Virus record (IMG/VR): IMGVR_UViG_3300047561_001970
Location: 21,100 to 85,099 of that record
DNA: 64,000 nucleotides
Strand: one strand, 5' to 3'
Origin: a virus
Lineage: Duplodnaviria > Caudoviricetes
Part shown: positions 9,495-20,100 of the stretch, piece by piece
Layout of the letters: each line of letters starts with the position of its first letter
Position numbering within the stretch: the first letter of the stretch is position 1
The notes under the pieces: model-generated
Databases searched by the model: none
Told to the model about the DNA's origin: nothing
The model's input: only the letters and a program-made list of their open reading frames with translations
Program-made: the position numbers and the translations under genes

Positions 9495-10430
9495 ATGGAT
9501 GTAGATAAACTTTGGGTGGAAAAATATCGACCCAAGAACGTTGATGATATTGTGTTATCTGATAACACCAGAAAAATAGTTAATTCTTTCATACAGAACG
9601 AGGAAATTCCTAATCTAATGTTCTGTGGTCATCAAGGCATAGGTAAGACAACCACATCGAAAGTCTTGATTGCAGCTCTAGATGCAGAGCACATTTATCA
9701 AAATTGTTCTGAAGTTGGAATTGATGCAGTAAGAAATGACATAACTGGTTTCAGCAGAACAAAGAGTTTTAACGGAAAAAAGAAGATTGTGTTGCTAGAT
9801 GAAGTGGATGGAATGGCTTCCATGGAAGCCCAGAGATCGCTGCGCAATGTACTGGAAGAATATGCTGCACATTGCAGGTTCATTTTAACTTGCAACTATA
9901 AACACAGAGTCATTGGACCTTTGCAAAGCCGGTGTCAATTTATAGATATAGAACCAAGCTTGCCAGCTGTGCTCAAGAGATGTTACACTATTCTTAAGAT
10001 GGAGAATATTGTTGTTGATGAAAGCAATAAGAAGAAGTTGGTGGGATTAATTCGAAAATATTTCCCTGACATACGCAAATGTATTAATGAAATGCAAAAA
10101 TATAGTAGTACTGGCGTTTTATCAATTCCTGAATTAAACATTCAAGATGAATTTACTGATAAAATAATTACTTTAATTACTAGCAAGAAAGCTCAAGCTG
10201 TACGAAAGTTAATCATTGAAAATGAGGCAGCATTTCAAGGTGATTATTCCCTACTAATGAAATCACTTTTTGACTCTACTTGCAATGGAAATTACTCTCT
10301 AGGAGAGCAACAAAAAAAGCTATGGCTGATTACTATTGGTGAATATATGTATAGATCAGCGTTTGTAGTTGATCAAGAAATTAACTTCTATTGTCTGGTG
10401 TTAGCTTTGTCAGATATTAATGTGTCTTAG
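9495..10430 (+). CDS. Sliding-clamp loader AAA+ subunit (T4 gp44/RFC small subunit)
   Basis: WVEKYRP, GHQGIGKTT (Walker A), LLDEVD (Walker B), LQSRC (SRC motif), FPDIRKCINE. Start set at ATG 9495, immediately after the dut stop. Confidence 0.95.
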   Translation: MDVDKLWVEKYRPKNVDDIVLSDNTRKIVNSFIQNEEIPNLMFCGHQGIGKTTTSKVLIAALDAEHIYQNCSEVGIDAVRNDITGFSRTKSFNGKKKIVLLDEVDGMASMEAQRSLRNVLEEYAAHCRFILTCNYKHRVIGPLQSRCQFIDIEPSLPAVLKRCYTILKMENIVVDESNKKKLVGLIRKYFPDIRKCINEMQKYSSTGVLSIPELNIQDEFTDKIITLITSKKAQAVRKLIIENEAAFQGDYSLLMKSLFDSTCNGNYSLGEQQKKLWLITIGEYMYRSAFVVDQEINFYCLVLALSDINVS

Positions 10431-11038
10431 GTGTAGCGTTTCTTGGGTAGATATCTGTGTGTGCCTGACGCAACACTTGGATTTGGAGCATCTTTAACTG
10501 GGACGCTAGGAATTTTTGTATTAAAATTATTTAATTTTCTGTCACCTTCAGAATCCTTCTTGTCACCCACATCACTAGTGAGGGTTTGACGTTGCGGAGA
10601 TAACATCAACTCTTCTTCATCCTTAATATCAACCTCTTGAGGTTTGACTATGGTGTGATTATGTCTCTTCAAGCTGTCTGGTACAGGTAATAAATTTGGA
10701 TAAACATCAATAGGTGTGAGTAGATGAGCTGGGATTGTCAGGAATTCTTTATAACAGCCGGGTGCTAGCTCTTGCACAACATCAATTAGAAATTCATCTG
10801 CTTCATTCTGTACGTCGCCTGCGTGGATCGTGGGTCTTACAGCTTTCACAGCACTAACTCTTAGGTTTAATCCGCCTTCATGGAAAGCTCTAGCCTTCTG
10901 AACGTAATTTGGTGCTTGTTTCTTGAAGAAATCGTCTTTAAATGCATTATCTATAAATTTTACCAAATCTCCCGTTAAAAATCCACCACGTGTGTACCGT
11001 TGAATTGCGGACTCATACATCTTGACAAACTTATTCAT
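10427..11038 (-). CDS. Hypothetical late protein
   Basis: 203-aa ORF; CATAAATA (11052-11045) lies 6 nt upstream; no family recognised. Confidence 0.7.
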   Translation of the reverse strand: MNKFVKMYESAIQRYTRGGFLTGDLVKFIDNAFKDDFFKKQAPNYVQKARAFHEGGLNLRVSAVKAVRPTIHAGDVQNEADEFLIDVVQELAPGCYKEFLTIPAHLLTPIDVYPNLLPVPDSLKRHNHTIVKPQEVDIKDEEELMLSPQRQTLTSDVGDKKDSEGDRKLNNFNTKIPSVPVKDAPNPSVASGTHRYLPKKRYT

Positions 11039-11044
11039 ATATAG

Positions 11045-11083
11045 TATTTATGTTCTTATAGAACAATTATCCTTATATAAATA
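11045..11083. promoter_or_regulatory. Back-to-back divergent late promoters (minus CATAAATA 11052-11045; plus TATAAATA 11076-11083)
   Basis: The boxes are 6 and 5 nt from their start codons; a small palindrome TGTTCT-TAT-AGAACA (11051-11065) lies between them. Confidence 0.7.
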
Positions 11084-11088
11084 ATGCT

Positions 11089-11556
11089 ATGGCAGCAATA
11101 GTAGTCAACTCTGTAACTTCAACAGTTTCTGGCTCTCTCTATAAAGACTTGTTACTGGACGTGAAAATAGACTATACACGAAATACTCAGCTTCTCAAGC
11201 GAAGAGAAGTAAAAGACATTCAAATTTCAGAAAATATCAATGCAATAAAAAACAGTCTATTTAACCTATTTACAACTATGCCAGGACAAAAAATTCTTAA
11301 CCCAGTTTATGGTTTGAATCTTACTCAATATCTATTCGTCCAAGCCACTCGACAGCAAGGTAGAATTATAGGCGAGACCATACTCAAGGGTGTGAGCAAG
11401 TATGAGCCTCGTGTAACCATGAGAAAGCTCAACGTTGAAGTTGATGAAGATAATAATCAATACAACATCTTTATGCTAATCGATGTGCCGACGTTAAATA
11501 TTACAGGGGTTAGCCTAAAAGGTGTTTTAGGTGACTCCGGATATTATTTTAATTAA
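11089..11556 (+). CDS. Baseplate wedge subunit gp25-like
   Basis: AIKNSL.NLFTT.PGQK.LNP.YG.NL..YLF and I...V..YEPRV are GPW/gp25 signatures. Confidence 0.93.
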   Translation: MAAIVVNSVTSTVSGSLYKDLLLDVKIDYTRNTQLLKRREVKDIQISENINAIKNSLFNLFTTMPGQKILNPVYGLNLTQYLFVQATRQQGRIIGETILKGVSKYEPRVTMRKLNVEVDEDNNQYNIFMLIDVPTLNITGVSLKGVLGDSGYYFN

Positions 11557-13427
11557 TGAAAACCATAACCAGCAATCAATTTGACTTGCCGTTTAATGCC
11601 TATGCGGCGTTTGATGCTACCTCTCTAAAATCACTCATGCAGCAACGCCTCACACAGGGTGGAGTATTTACAGATCAAATTTTTGAAGGAAGCAATTTCA
11701 ATAGCGTTCTCGACATTATTGCATATAGTTACCATGTTTTGTTATTTTATCTTAACAAGACAGCAAGTGAAAGCATGTATAATCAAGCACAGTTATATGA
11801 GAACATGAATAAAATCGTTAAGGCATTGAATTACAATCCAATTGGGTTCCAAACAAGTATTCTCAATTTCAACGCTATTGCACCCTCTACGCTACCAACT
11901 GGCATATATACAATTCCTAGGTATTCATACTTCACAGTTAACGGTCTCAATTATTCCTTCACAGAGGATACATCCTTTATTAAGACAGAAACTGGAACAG
12001 AGCCATTGACACAACTTGGACAGACAGCTTTGCTCTATCAAGGATTATTCCAGGAATATCCAATATATATTGCCACTGGATCACCCTTTGAACAGTTCTC
12101 GCTTGCTGCTACAGGCCCTGATAATAATAATGAATTGGTTGACCATACAAATATTCATGTGTATGTACTTGATGAATCAGGTGTATGGACACAATGGAAC
12201 CGAGTGGATAGCCTGTACCTGGAGGGGCCTACGAGTAAGAGCTTTGAATGTAGATTGAATGAAAATCAACGGTATGTTATTAAGTTTGGTAACAATGTGA
12301 GCGGTCAGCAATTGCTGCCCAATTACTTGGTTGCTGTATATTATCTCAAAAGTGATGGGGCACCAGGTCAAGTTGGTTCAGGCGTCCTGGATGGTAACAC
12401 TTTGTTTATCTACAACACAACACAATTTACTAATATTTTTAATAATGTAAAAAATATTAATCAATCGTATTTAACTTCTCCGCAAGCAGCCTCACTCACG
12501 TTTTCAAATACAAACGCTTCAACAGACTTTGCACAACTTGAAACAGCAGAGAGTATGAGAAACAACGCTGCAAATACATTTAAAACACAGTACAGGCTCA
12601 TTACAACATCTGATTTCAAGCTTTTTATTAAAAACAAATATGATAATTTTATTAATGATGTTGCTGTTGTGAATAACTGGGATTATGTTGCTGATCATAT
12701 GCGATATTATTATAATATTGGGTTAAAATCGCCCAATAATGATAGTAGGGTGCTATTAAACCAGGTTAATTTTTCTGATAGTTGCGATTTTAATAATATA
12801 TACGTTTACATTGTACCCAAGCTACAAAAAACTAACAGCGTTCAAATCAATAATAACTTTCTGTCCACCGGCTTGAAGGATTACATTATTAGAGGACTTC
12901 AGAATGTGAAGATGGCCACCTCGGAGGTCGTTATGATGGACCCTGTTTACACAGCATTCGGGTTGGGTGTCGCTACAGGTACAGAAATTAACGATAAACA
13001 GCTTACACCTGATATCATAGCAGATACTAAGCTGATTGTTACAAGAAATCCGAATTCACGATTCAGTGAAAATGAGCTTCGGCGTCAAATCTTTAAAATA
13101 ATTAAAGATTATTTTGATCCACAGAATGCCACTCTAGGTCAATTGGTGAGTCTGGACCAACTAACAACAACTATCTTAGATATTGATGGCACAGTGTCTA
13201 TGTATTGTACCAGAACAGTGAATGGTGTAGAGGTTGTTAGAAATGGGTTGAGCTTTTTGGTGTTTAACCCTGTGTATAGCAACCCAGGTGAAGATATTCA
13301 AGTTATCACACAGAGTCTGCCTTTGCCCTACTTTAAGGTGCCGTACCTGTATAATGTAGATAATCTTTTAAATCAAATCAAGATTGTTACACCAGATCTA
13401 CAAGCTGCAAGTGTAAGGGAGTACTAA
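11556..13427 (+). CDS. Baseplate wedge subunit gp6-like
   Basis: FDA.SLK.L, FTD..FEGSN....LDI.AY, A...L.Y.P, TIPRY..F, Y.I.FG....G, E..ESMR..A......R.IT..D. Confidence 0.93.
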   Translation: MKTITSNQFDLPFNAYAAFDATSLKSLMQQRLTQGGVFTDQIFEGSNFNSVLDIIAYSYHVLLFYLNKTASESMYNQAQLYENMNKIVKALNYNPIGFQTSILNFNAIAPSTLPTGIYTIPRYSYFTVNGLNYSFTEDTSFIKTETGTEPLTQLGQTALLYQGLFQEYPIYIATGSPFEQFSLAATGPDNNNELVDHTNIHVYVLDESGVWTQWNRVDSLYLEGPTSKSFECRLNENQRYVIKFGNNVSGQQLLPNYLVAVYYLKSDGAPGQVGSGVLDGNTLFIYNTTQFTNIFNNVKNINQSYLTSPQAASLTFSNTNASTDFAQLETAESMRNNAANTFKTQYRLITTSDFKLFIKNKYDNFINDVAVVNNWDYVADHMRYYYNIGLKSPNNDSRVLLNQVNFSDSCDFNNIYVYIVPKLQKTNSVQINNNFLSTGLKDYIIRGLQNVKMATSEVVMMDPVYTAFGLGVATGTEINDKQLTPDIIADTKLIVTRNPNSRFSENELRRQIFKIIKDYFDPQNATLGQLVSLDQLTTTILDIDGTVSMYCTRTVNGVEVVRNGLSFLVFNPVYSNPGEDIQVITQSLPLPYFKVPYLYNVDNLLNQIKIVTPDLQAASVREY

Positions 13428-13428
13428 T

Positions 13429-16400
13429 ATGTTGCCGTTGACGGCCGTGAGAATACAAATCACTACAGCTGACTCCGATGCAGTTCCATTAACGTATACA
13501 AGTTACACACTACCGAGCACCCCCTTTTACATTAAACCTATTTTATTTGATGATACCTATAATCGGTTTAATATTCTGTGGAATTTTGGGGATGGTACCA
13601 CGTATACTGGTCCTAGTGCAACTCACTTCTACAAGTACCCAGGTACATATTTAATAACTGCGGTTGTTTATGATAATCTAGGAAATGCACAAACCGCTAG
13701 CATAACACCAGATTTGCAAGCTGCATCAGTTACTGTTCAAAATGCACTGCCTGATTTGGTTATATTTAATAACCTGCAACCAGCAGGTACTCTTGGTGTA
13801 TATACGCTGCCTGCTGGCAAGAGAAGCGAATCACTTGAGATATGGCGCTATAATTCCTGGCAAAATGATGATCTATTAAAAAGTAACGATTATACAGTTA
13901 TGTTGTATGCAAGTGGAAGTCATAGTGACTTTATGTCTGTTTCATCTTATTATACAAATAAATGGAGCCATTTAAAGAGTTATTTTGGGTTTATAGAGAC
14001 GTATACTACCCCTGAAGGTATCAGTAGCTCAAGACTTATTGATAGTACACGAACAACTAGTACTAGTGTATTTGCTGAATGGTCGGATGATTATAACGCA
14101 CTACAATTTTATAATTATAAAAAACCAGGAACTTCATTTGCAGGCACAACCGGTACATCTATAGACTATAATGTGTCGTACGTTGATCAACGACCATCAT
14201 CAAATGATGAAACATTAGTATTTTTATATGCAAACTTTAATACAAGAGGATTTTTAGAGCTAGATTCTACAATTAATGATCGGCAATTTAATAATATTAA
14301 TCATCCATATGGGTATATAAACTATCCTACACAGGTAAGTTATTTAAAATCTATTTTTAACCCCGCAGAGAGCCTCGCTATTACAAGCAATGGCATATCT
14401 ACTGAAGGCACATTACAGAATATAGGTCCGCTCTCAAGCCAATTATTACATTCGTTTAGTATATATCCAGTTAAATGGTGTAATACTGATATACCTTTTG
14501 TGGTTACATTTAAAGATATAGATCAATTTACAACAAAATGTTACCCACCAATAACTGGGTTCAAGTTCGATGGAAGCGATCCAACAGATGTTAATACTGT
14601 TAGCTTGGGATTATATAGAATTGTTGAGCAAGACCCAACAGCAACTTTCACACCCCTCAGTACATATAGACTCGATGATGTTGTGTTTAGACAAAACAAT
14701 AATGTTCCTCAATACCAGCGTAGTGGTGCTTATTTTTGTGGTGTTTTAAATACACCATCACCGGCATCAACTGTGGCAATAAGTGCAGCAGTGTTGATAC
14801 AAGATAGCCCTGTTATAAATGTAGCAGCTGCTTACGGGTTTGCGGGACAACCTGGCTTCAAAAATATAAAACGTTTCAGCAAGGAGCCTATCTTTACGCA
14901 TGCACACTATGAAGATCTACACTTTGATTTGACAGGCAATTATCAGACCTACTTCACAACATCCAGCTCAACCATGCCAGTTAGTATATCTCCACTCAAA
15001 ACGTATAGCAGGGGTAATATTGATAAAGTGTGGGTAGCAGATTCAGACGAAGACATAATATATGTATATACGCTGTCTGGAACAATATTAAACACATTTA
15101 AGCTCTCAGCTATTCCAACGTTTATAGATAATTTTACAGCCCCAGAATCAAGATCGTATTTAGGGGATCTCAACAGTGCGAGTCCATCAAATATTGCTAT
15201 TGATAGTAAAGGCAACGCTTGGATAACTTTATATGATGCCATTTCAACAATTCGCATTAATACTAGCACAGATGTAGTTGACGCAATTGCAGTTCCATCC
15301 TATGATAATACTGTATTAATAGACCCTACGGTGTATATTTCATCTAAAGATACATTGAGTGGATTTGCGGGTGAAAATTTAATTCTTCCTTCATGCATTG
15401 ATACTGATACAGCTGATAATGTGTGGGTAGGTTATAGTCATCCAGTTAAAAGCTTTTTAATCAAATATAGTAGTTCAGGAAAACAACTCAGTGCTATTGA
15501 TCTTGAAGCTCCTCTTTCAATACAAGAGATTATTGTAGATAAGAACAACTATTTAATTGCTTTTGCTAAGAATTTAAATGAAAACGACCCTTATGCTTTT
15601 GCAAATTATGATAGTATATACAAGTGGGATTCTGATTTAAATCTAGTACCAGGTTACCCACTACAATTCAATAGCATTGGCAATATTACCATAGACTTGT
15701 ATCAAAATATCTGGGTACATCATGCATTCTCTAAACTCTCCCGTATCAATCCTGTAACTAATGATGTGCAAGAATATTTCATTGGTAGCTCTAATTTTGA
15801 CTCCCGATATTACCAAGGTATAGACGGCGTGGCTGCTGATAATGAAGGGTATGTCTGGATTCTCCATAACTATGAGGGAAAGATTTACTTTTTTCCTCAA
15901 AATACTACTGCCCAACCTTCACTTTCATCATTATATAATTTAAATTTACCAGACATTCAGCGAACTGCCCCTGATGGAATGCAGGCCTTTTATAGTGTAT
16001 TTGGGGATTGGACAGGTATTCGTTGGATCAACAAATACGTTTCTGCAATAAATCCACTTCCAAGAATCATACGGGGCAAGAGCAATCTTTTCAATATAAT
16101 ACAAGATACTCCTATTATTAATAAAATAAATGAAAATTTTGATCAAGCTGCAAGCTATAAGAGCTATATTCTGCAGGAATCTCTGTTTGATAAGAATATA
16201 TTGTTGGACGATTTTATTGGACAAATAGTTGGTGATTACAATAGTCCACCAGAGGTTCTAGGCAAGACTATTTACGAGAGGATAGCTAATTTTAATGCAA
16301 ACACATCTGACCCAGAGACATGCACAACAGAATCTTTAAAGAGCTTAGCTCAACAGTATGGGCTGCAGTATTATGATTTCACCTCAGGTTACCCCTCCAA

Positions 16401-17133
16401 ATTAAGACGAAGTGTAGATCTGCTCAGTATAAATCACTCGAAATTATTTGGCAGCACAAATCAATACAATCAGAATTTCGGGCTAAGTACTTTTCGCTAT
16501 GATCTAGGGAGTAATCTTGGCGGAGAGATATCAATTGATACAGGCACATTCATTGTGGGCCAGCCTGTTGTGGCTTTTGAGAAATTTAGTGAAAAATACA
16601 AACTCATAAGCAATACTATAATACCAGAGACAAACGGAGTACCTGTTGTGGTGGGCCAGCAATACCCATTGAGTGGTGTAAATTATTACTGGGGATGGGG
16701 ATTAGTTACTGGAAATAGGGCACAATCGGGCATAGATATTACACCGTACTATATGTTTTATCAATACAACCCCCATGCTGCCAGCAATGTGGTTGACAAT
16801 GTGATTGATTTCAATAATCCGCTCACTACTATTTTGCCAACACAGAACAATTACCAGGATTGGAAGAAATTTGGCGGAACCATGGAGGCAATACTTGGTC
16901 GTGCCTTATATGAGGGGTTAGAACTTTTCAAGGCACCAATAAAGATCAATATCCCGATTCCACCAACACCCACCCCTTCACCTGCAGATGTACTACAATA
17001 CCTGCTTCAACTCTTAAGTTATAACTCGCAAAGCTTAACCTATGGGGCTTCTGCCTATATACCGGCAACAGCATTAACGTACATGCAGGAACTTTTAAAG
17101 TATAGAACACAGGATTTAACTTATGGAGCATAA
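13429..17133 (+). CDS. Large baseplate/appendage protein: PKD domain, NHL-like beta-propeller, C-terminal wedge (gp7-like) region
   Basis: WNFGDGTTYTGPSATHFYKYPGTY (PKD); IAIDSKGNAWIT and IDTDTADNVWV (propeller repeats); position after gp6. Confidence 0.6.
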   Translation: MLPLTAVRIQITTADSDAVPLTYTSYTLPSTPFYIKPILFDDTYNRFNILWNFGDGTTYTGPSATHFYKYPGTYLITAVVYDNLGNAQTASITPDLQAASVTVQNALPDLVIFNNLQPAGTLGVYTLPAGKRSESLEIWRYNSWQNDDLLKSNDYTVMLYASGSHSDFMSVSSYYTNKWSHLKSYFGFIETYTTPEGISSSRLIDSTRTTSTSVFAEWSDDYNALQFYNYKKPGTSFAGTTGTSIDYNVSYVDQRPSSNDETLVFLYANFNTRGFLELDSTINDRQFNNINHPYGYINYPTQVSYLKSIFNPAESLAITSNGISTEGTLQNIGPLSSQLLHSFSIYPVKWCNTDIPFVVTFKDIDQFTTKCYPPITGFKFDGSDPTDVNTVSLGLYRIVEQDPTATFTPLSTYRLDDVVFRQNNNVPQYQRSGAYFCGVLNTPSPASTVAISAAVLIQDSPVINVAAAYGFAGQPGFKNIKRFSKEPIFTHAHYEDLHFDLTGNYQTYFTTSSSTMPVSISPLKTYSRGNIDKVWVADSDEDIIYVYTLSGTILNTFKLSAIPTFIDNFTAPESRSYLGDLNSASPSNIAIDSKGNAWITLYDAISTIRINTSTDVVDAIAVPSYDNTVLIDPTVYISSKDTLSGFAGENLILPSCIDTDTADNVWVGYSHPVKSFLIKYSSSGKQLSAIDLEAPLSIQEIIVDKNNYLIAFAKNLNENDPYAFANYDSIYKWDSDLNLVPGYPLQFNSIGNITIDLYQNIWVHHAFSKLSRINPVTNDVQEYFIGSSNFDSRYYQGIDGVAADNEGYVWILHNYEGKIYFFPQNTTAQPSLSSLYNLNLPDIQRTAPDGMQAFYSVFGDWTGIRWINKYVSAINPLPRIIRGKSNLFNIIQDTPIINKINENFDQAASYKSYILQESLFDKNILLDDFIGQIVGDYNSPPEVLGKTIYERIANFNANTSDPETCTTESLKSLAQQYGLQYYDFTSGYPSKLRRSVDLLSINHSKLFGSTNQYNQNFGLSTFRYDLGSNLGGEISIDTGTFIVGQPVVAFEKFSEKYKLISNTIIPETNGVPVVVGQQYPLSGVNYYWGWGLVTGNRAQSGIDITPYYMFYQYNPHAASNVVDNVIDFNNPLTTILPTQNNYQDWKKFGGTMEAILGRALYEGLELFKAPIKINIPIPPTPTPSPADVLQYLLQLLSYNSQSLTYGASAYIPATALTYMQELLKYRTQDLTYGA

Positions 17134-17136
17134 TAA

Positions 17137-20100
17137 ATGAGTACAAATGCATTTAAATATAGCATTCTAGATGAATCCCAAGAACCTCTAGATTATTACG
17201 CACCAGTTACATTCTTGGAATGGTTTAATCAACAAAACCTAATTAACTTCGATATCAATGTAACTTTTCAAAGCTATAAAAATTATATTTTAGAATGGAG
17301 TGCATATAAGGGTAAGAATAATACTGAAGCACAAAATATTATTCGAGATTCCTATATACAGATCTTACGAGAAATTGTTATAAACTTTAGCACAGAAGAA
17401 GAAAAACGCTTTATTAATAATGCTAATTTCTCTGATCCACTCGATCTTGATGTAATCTTACCTTTCTTTATTCAAAAAATAAAGAGTATTTGTTTATTTT
17501 ATGCAAATACAAGAGAAGAGATAAAAACAGCGCCTATTCAACACAATTTACGTGGCAGCAATCTAGGTGTTGAGAATCTTATCAAAAAGCTAATTTTTGA
17601 TGCCGCAAGAACTAATCAAATCGATTATACTCAATACACCTGCAGCTTTCCTCCTGTATCAGCCATCGCAAGAGGTCTTAGTGTGTATGTCGAAGAGTTA
17701 TATGATACAACAGACACATATTATAACATTAGCCCGTTAAGCGCAACTGGAATTTTTGAGCAATATAGTTCAAGTAGACAGTCATTAAGTACAGCTAATA
17801 TAAATTCTATTTACCCCAATCTGTATATAAGCTTTAAAAATGCAATTATAGATGCTATCAAACAATATCCTTTCTTCCTAAGAACGCTTGGCACAAATAA
17901 TTTTACAATTAACCCCATTCTATCAGGCGATGAATTGTACTATTTAAAAAATAGAGATTTTATTTCCTACTTAAGTGGTGGCACAGAAGAATTAAAATTG
18001 AACGTGTTGAAAATGCTAGCACCAAAGTATGTAGGCACAGATTTTTACTATCTCAGCACTGGTAATACTACTACAGATATAGTAAGTGGTATACTGTTCA
18101 CAACAAGATCCACAACAAGCTCACCTACATTAAATTTTCTTAATAAGCAGTATCCTACCACAGCCTCTGTACCTAATTTAAATTCACTATATACTCAATA
18201 TCAGTTAGGAAGATTTTTCTTACCCCAATATACAGGCTTACTCATACATAACACTCCAGAAAAAACTTTTGATATTGATACTACCAGAATAACACCCAAC
18301 ACAATTTATGCTTTTCCTGACCCAGCAGTAGTAGGCAACGTATCATACAACAGTAATACCGATACAACACATGTACCGTTAGCATACACTATAAATGTGG
18401 AGTGGAATAAAATCAATAGATCAAATCAATTTGCATTTGGTGATGTTTTATCCAACAGTTATAATCAACTATACTATGGGTACCAAAGCCAGGCACAGGA
18501 TTTGCAGAAAGATATCTCTGGTATGTCCAAGGCTGTGGACAATATTCAGTTTTGGACTGGTGATAGACAAGGAACATGGGCTAATCCAGATATTTGGACT
18601 GGTTTGGATCAGTTTGATAGTCTGCCTCTACAAGAAAGACAAAACTCTTTATTAACTGGTTCTCTCACCCCCACATATTGGGGTAGTGACATATTTGGCA
18701 ATGAGTATGGTGTTCTTAAGAACATATTTCCATTGCGAGCTCTTTCAGCCATAGACTATGATGATACAAGCATAATGCCTGGCAGTAATACAGTAATACT
18801 ATCAAGTCAATCCATATCGTTGAAAAGTACTTACGATAGAAAATATACGATACCGGGAATATTTTATTTTCGTGGTATAGACTCCCTAGTTGCGCCTGCT
18901 AGTGCTGCATTGAGTGCAATATTCATTAAGTATCCAGAGCAAGTTAGAGAAGAGATGTCTAGTGCAGTGCTTTATTTTAACATGTATTATGATACATTTG
19001 TTCTAGAAACCGCTAATTATGTTATAATAGACTCATTGTCTTATAATTTTGATACAAGTAAGATTATTACCAACAACACAACTGGGTTCTACATACCAAA
19101 GTACTTTACAAATAGTAAGCTCGAGCGGTTTGCAGGTGAATGGTACTCAGAAAGAGAGAATACATTATATGTAGCATTCTTAAATTTATTACCTTATCTG
19201 TCAGGTTCAAACTATAAAGTATTATACCCTTCCATATACAAAACACCACTCACAAATATTAATGTGGAGAAAATATACCCCTCGACAATTACTTCAAATT
19301 TTTCAATTAACTCATACTCATTGAGTGCAGGGTTTGCTGAACCACCGCAGATTAATATAGTGGAAGTAGATGGTGTAAGTTTTACTAAGTCAGAAAAGAA
19401 AAGCTTATTTAACTTTACGTACTTAGCTAAAAACCTCAATGGTATGCCTTTGTTTGTTAATGAGCAGCTTAAAGATGGTGATTGGGATCGATTTCTCGAG
19501 ACATTTAACCCCCGAATGTTCAGACCATATTATTTTGTATATGATAACAATTACTATAACCCATCAATGCCTTATCTTGTTAAGTATGTCGGGGCAGTTG
19601 GCGGCACAATGGGTGGTCAATCCTTAAAATCTGGCTATCTTGATGTTGGGTTTAAAGGTGAACCCAAAGAATTAACATATTTGTTTGCTGATGGCATTAA
19701 ACCAGTGCAGATTAATAATATTGGAACTTACATAGTACAATTTGATTGGGAATCTTATAATGAAGTGACTGTGTTTGTAGGTTGCTCAGGGTTCCTTATC
19801 AAGAATATTGGCAAGAATTTAATCTTCAACAGCAATGCCTTGGATGCTGTGGTACTAGATACCTATGGAGAGACAATAAGTGAAGCTATTGCGTTTTCTA
19901 CCACATACGCCACTGTGACTAGCCTATCTGTTATTTCATATTACCCTGCATTAACTGCGTTAGCAACTATTCTGTCCATTAATACAATCAGTGGACAGCA
20001 GCTTGATTCGCTTCCAGGTCAACCCAACTATGGACTTATTCCTAGTCTTTATGGCGATTATAATAAATGGGTAATATCTACCTTGCCAAACTTAACTTTA

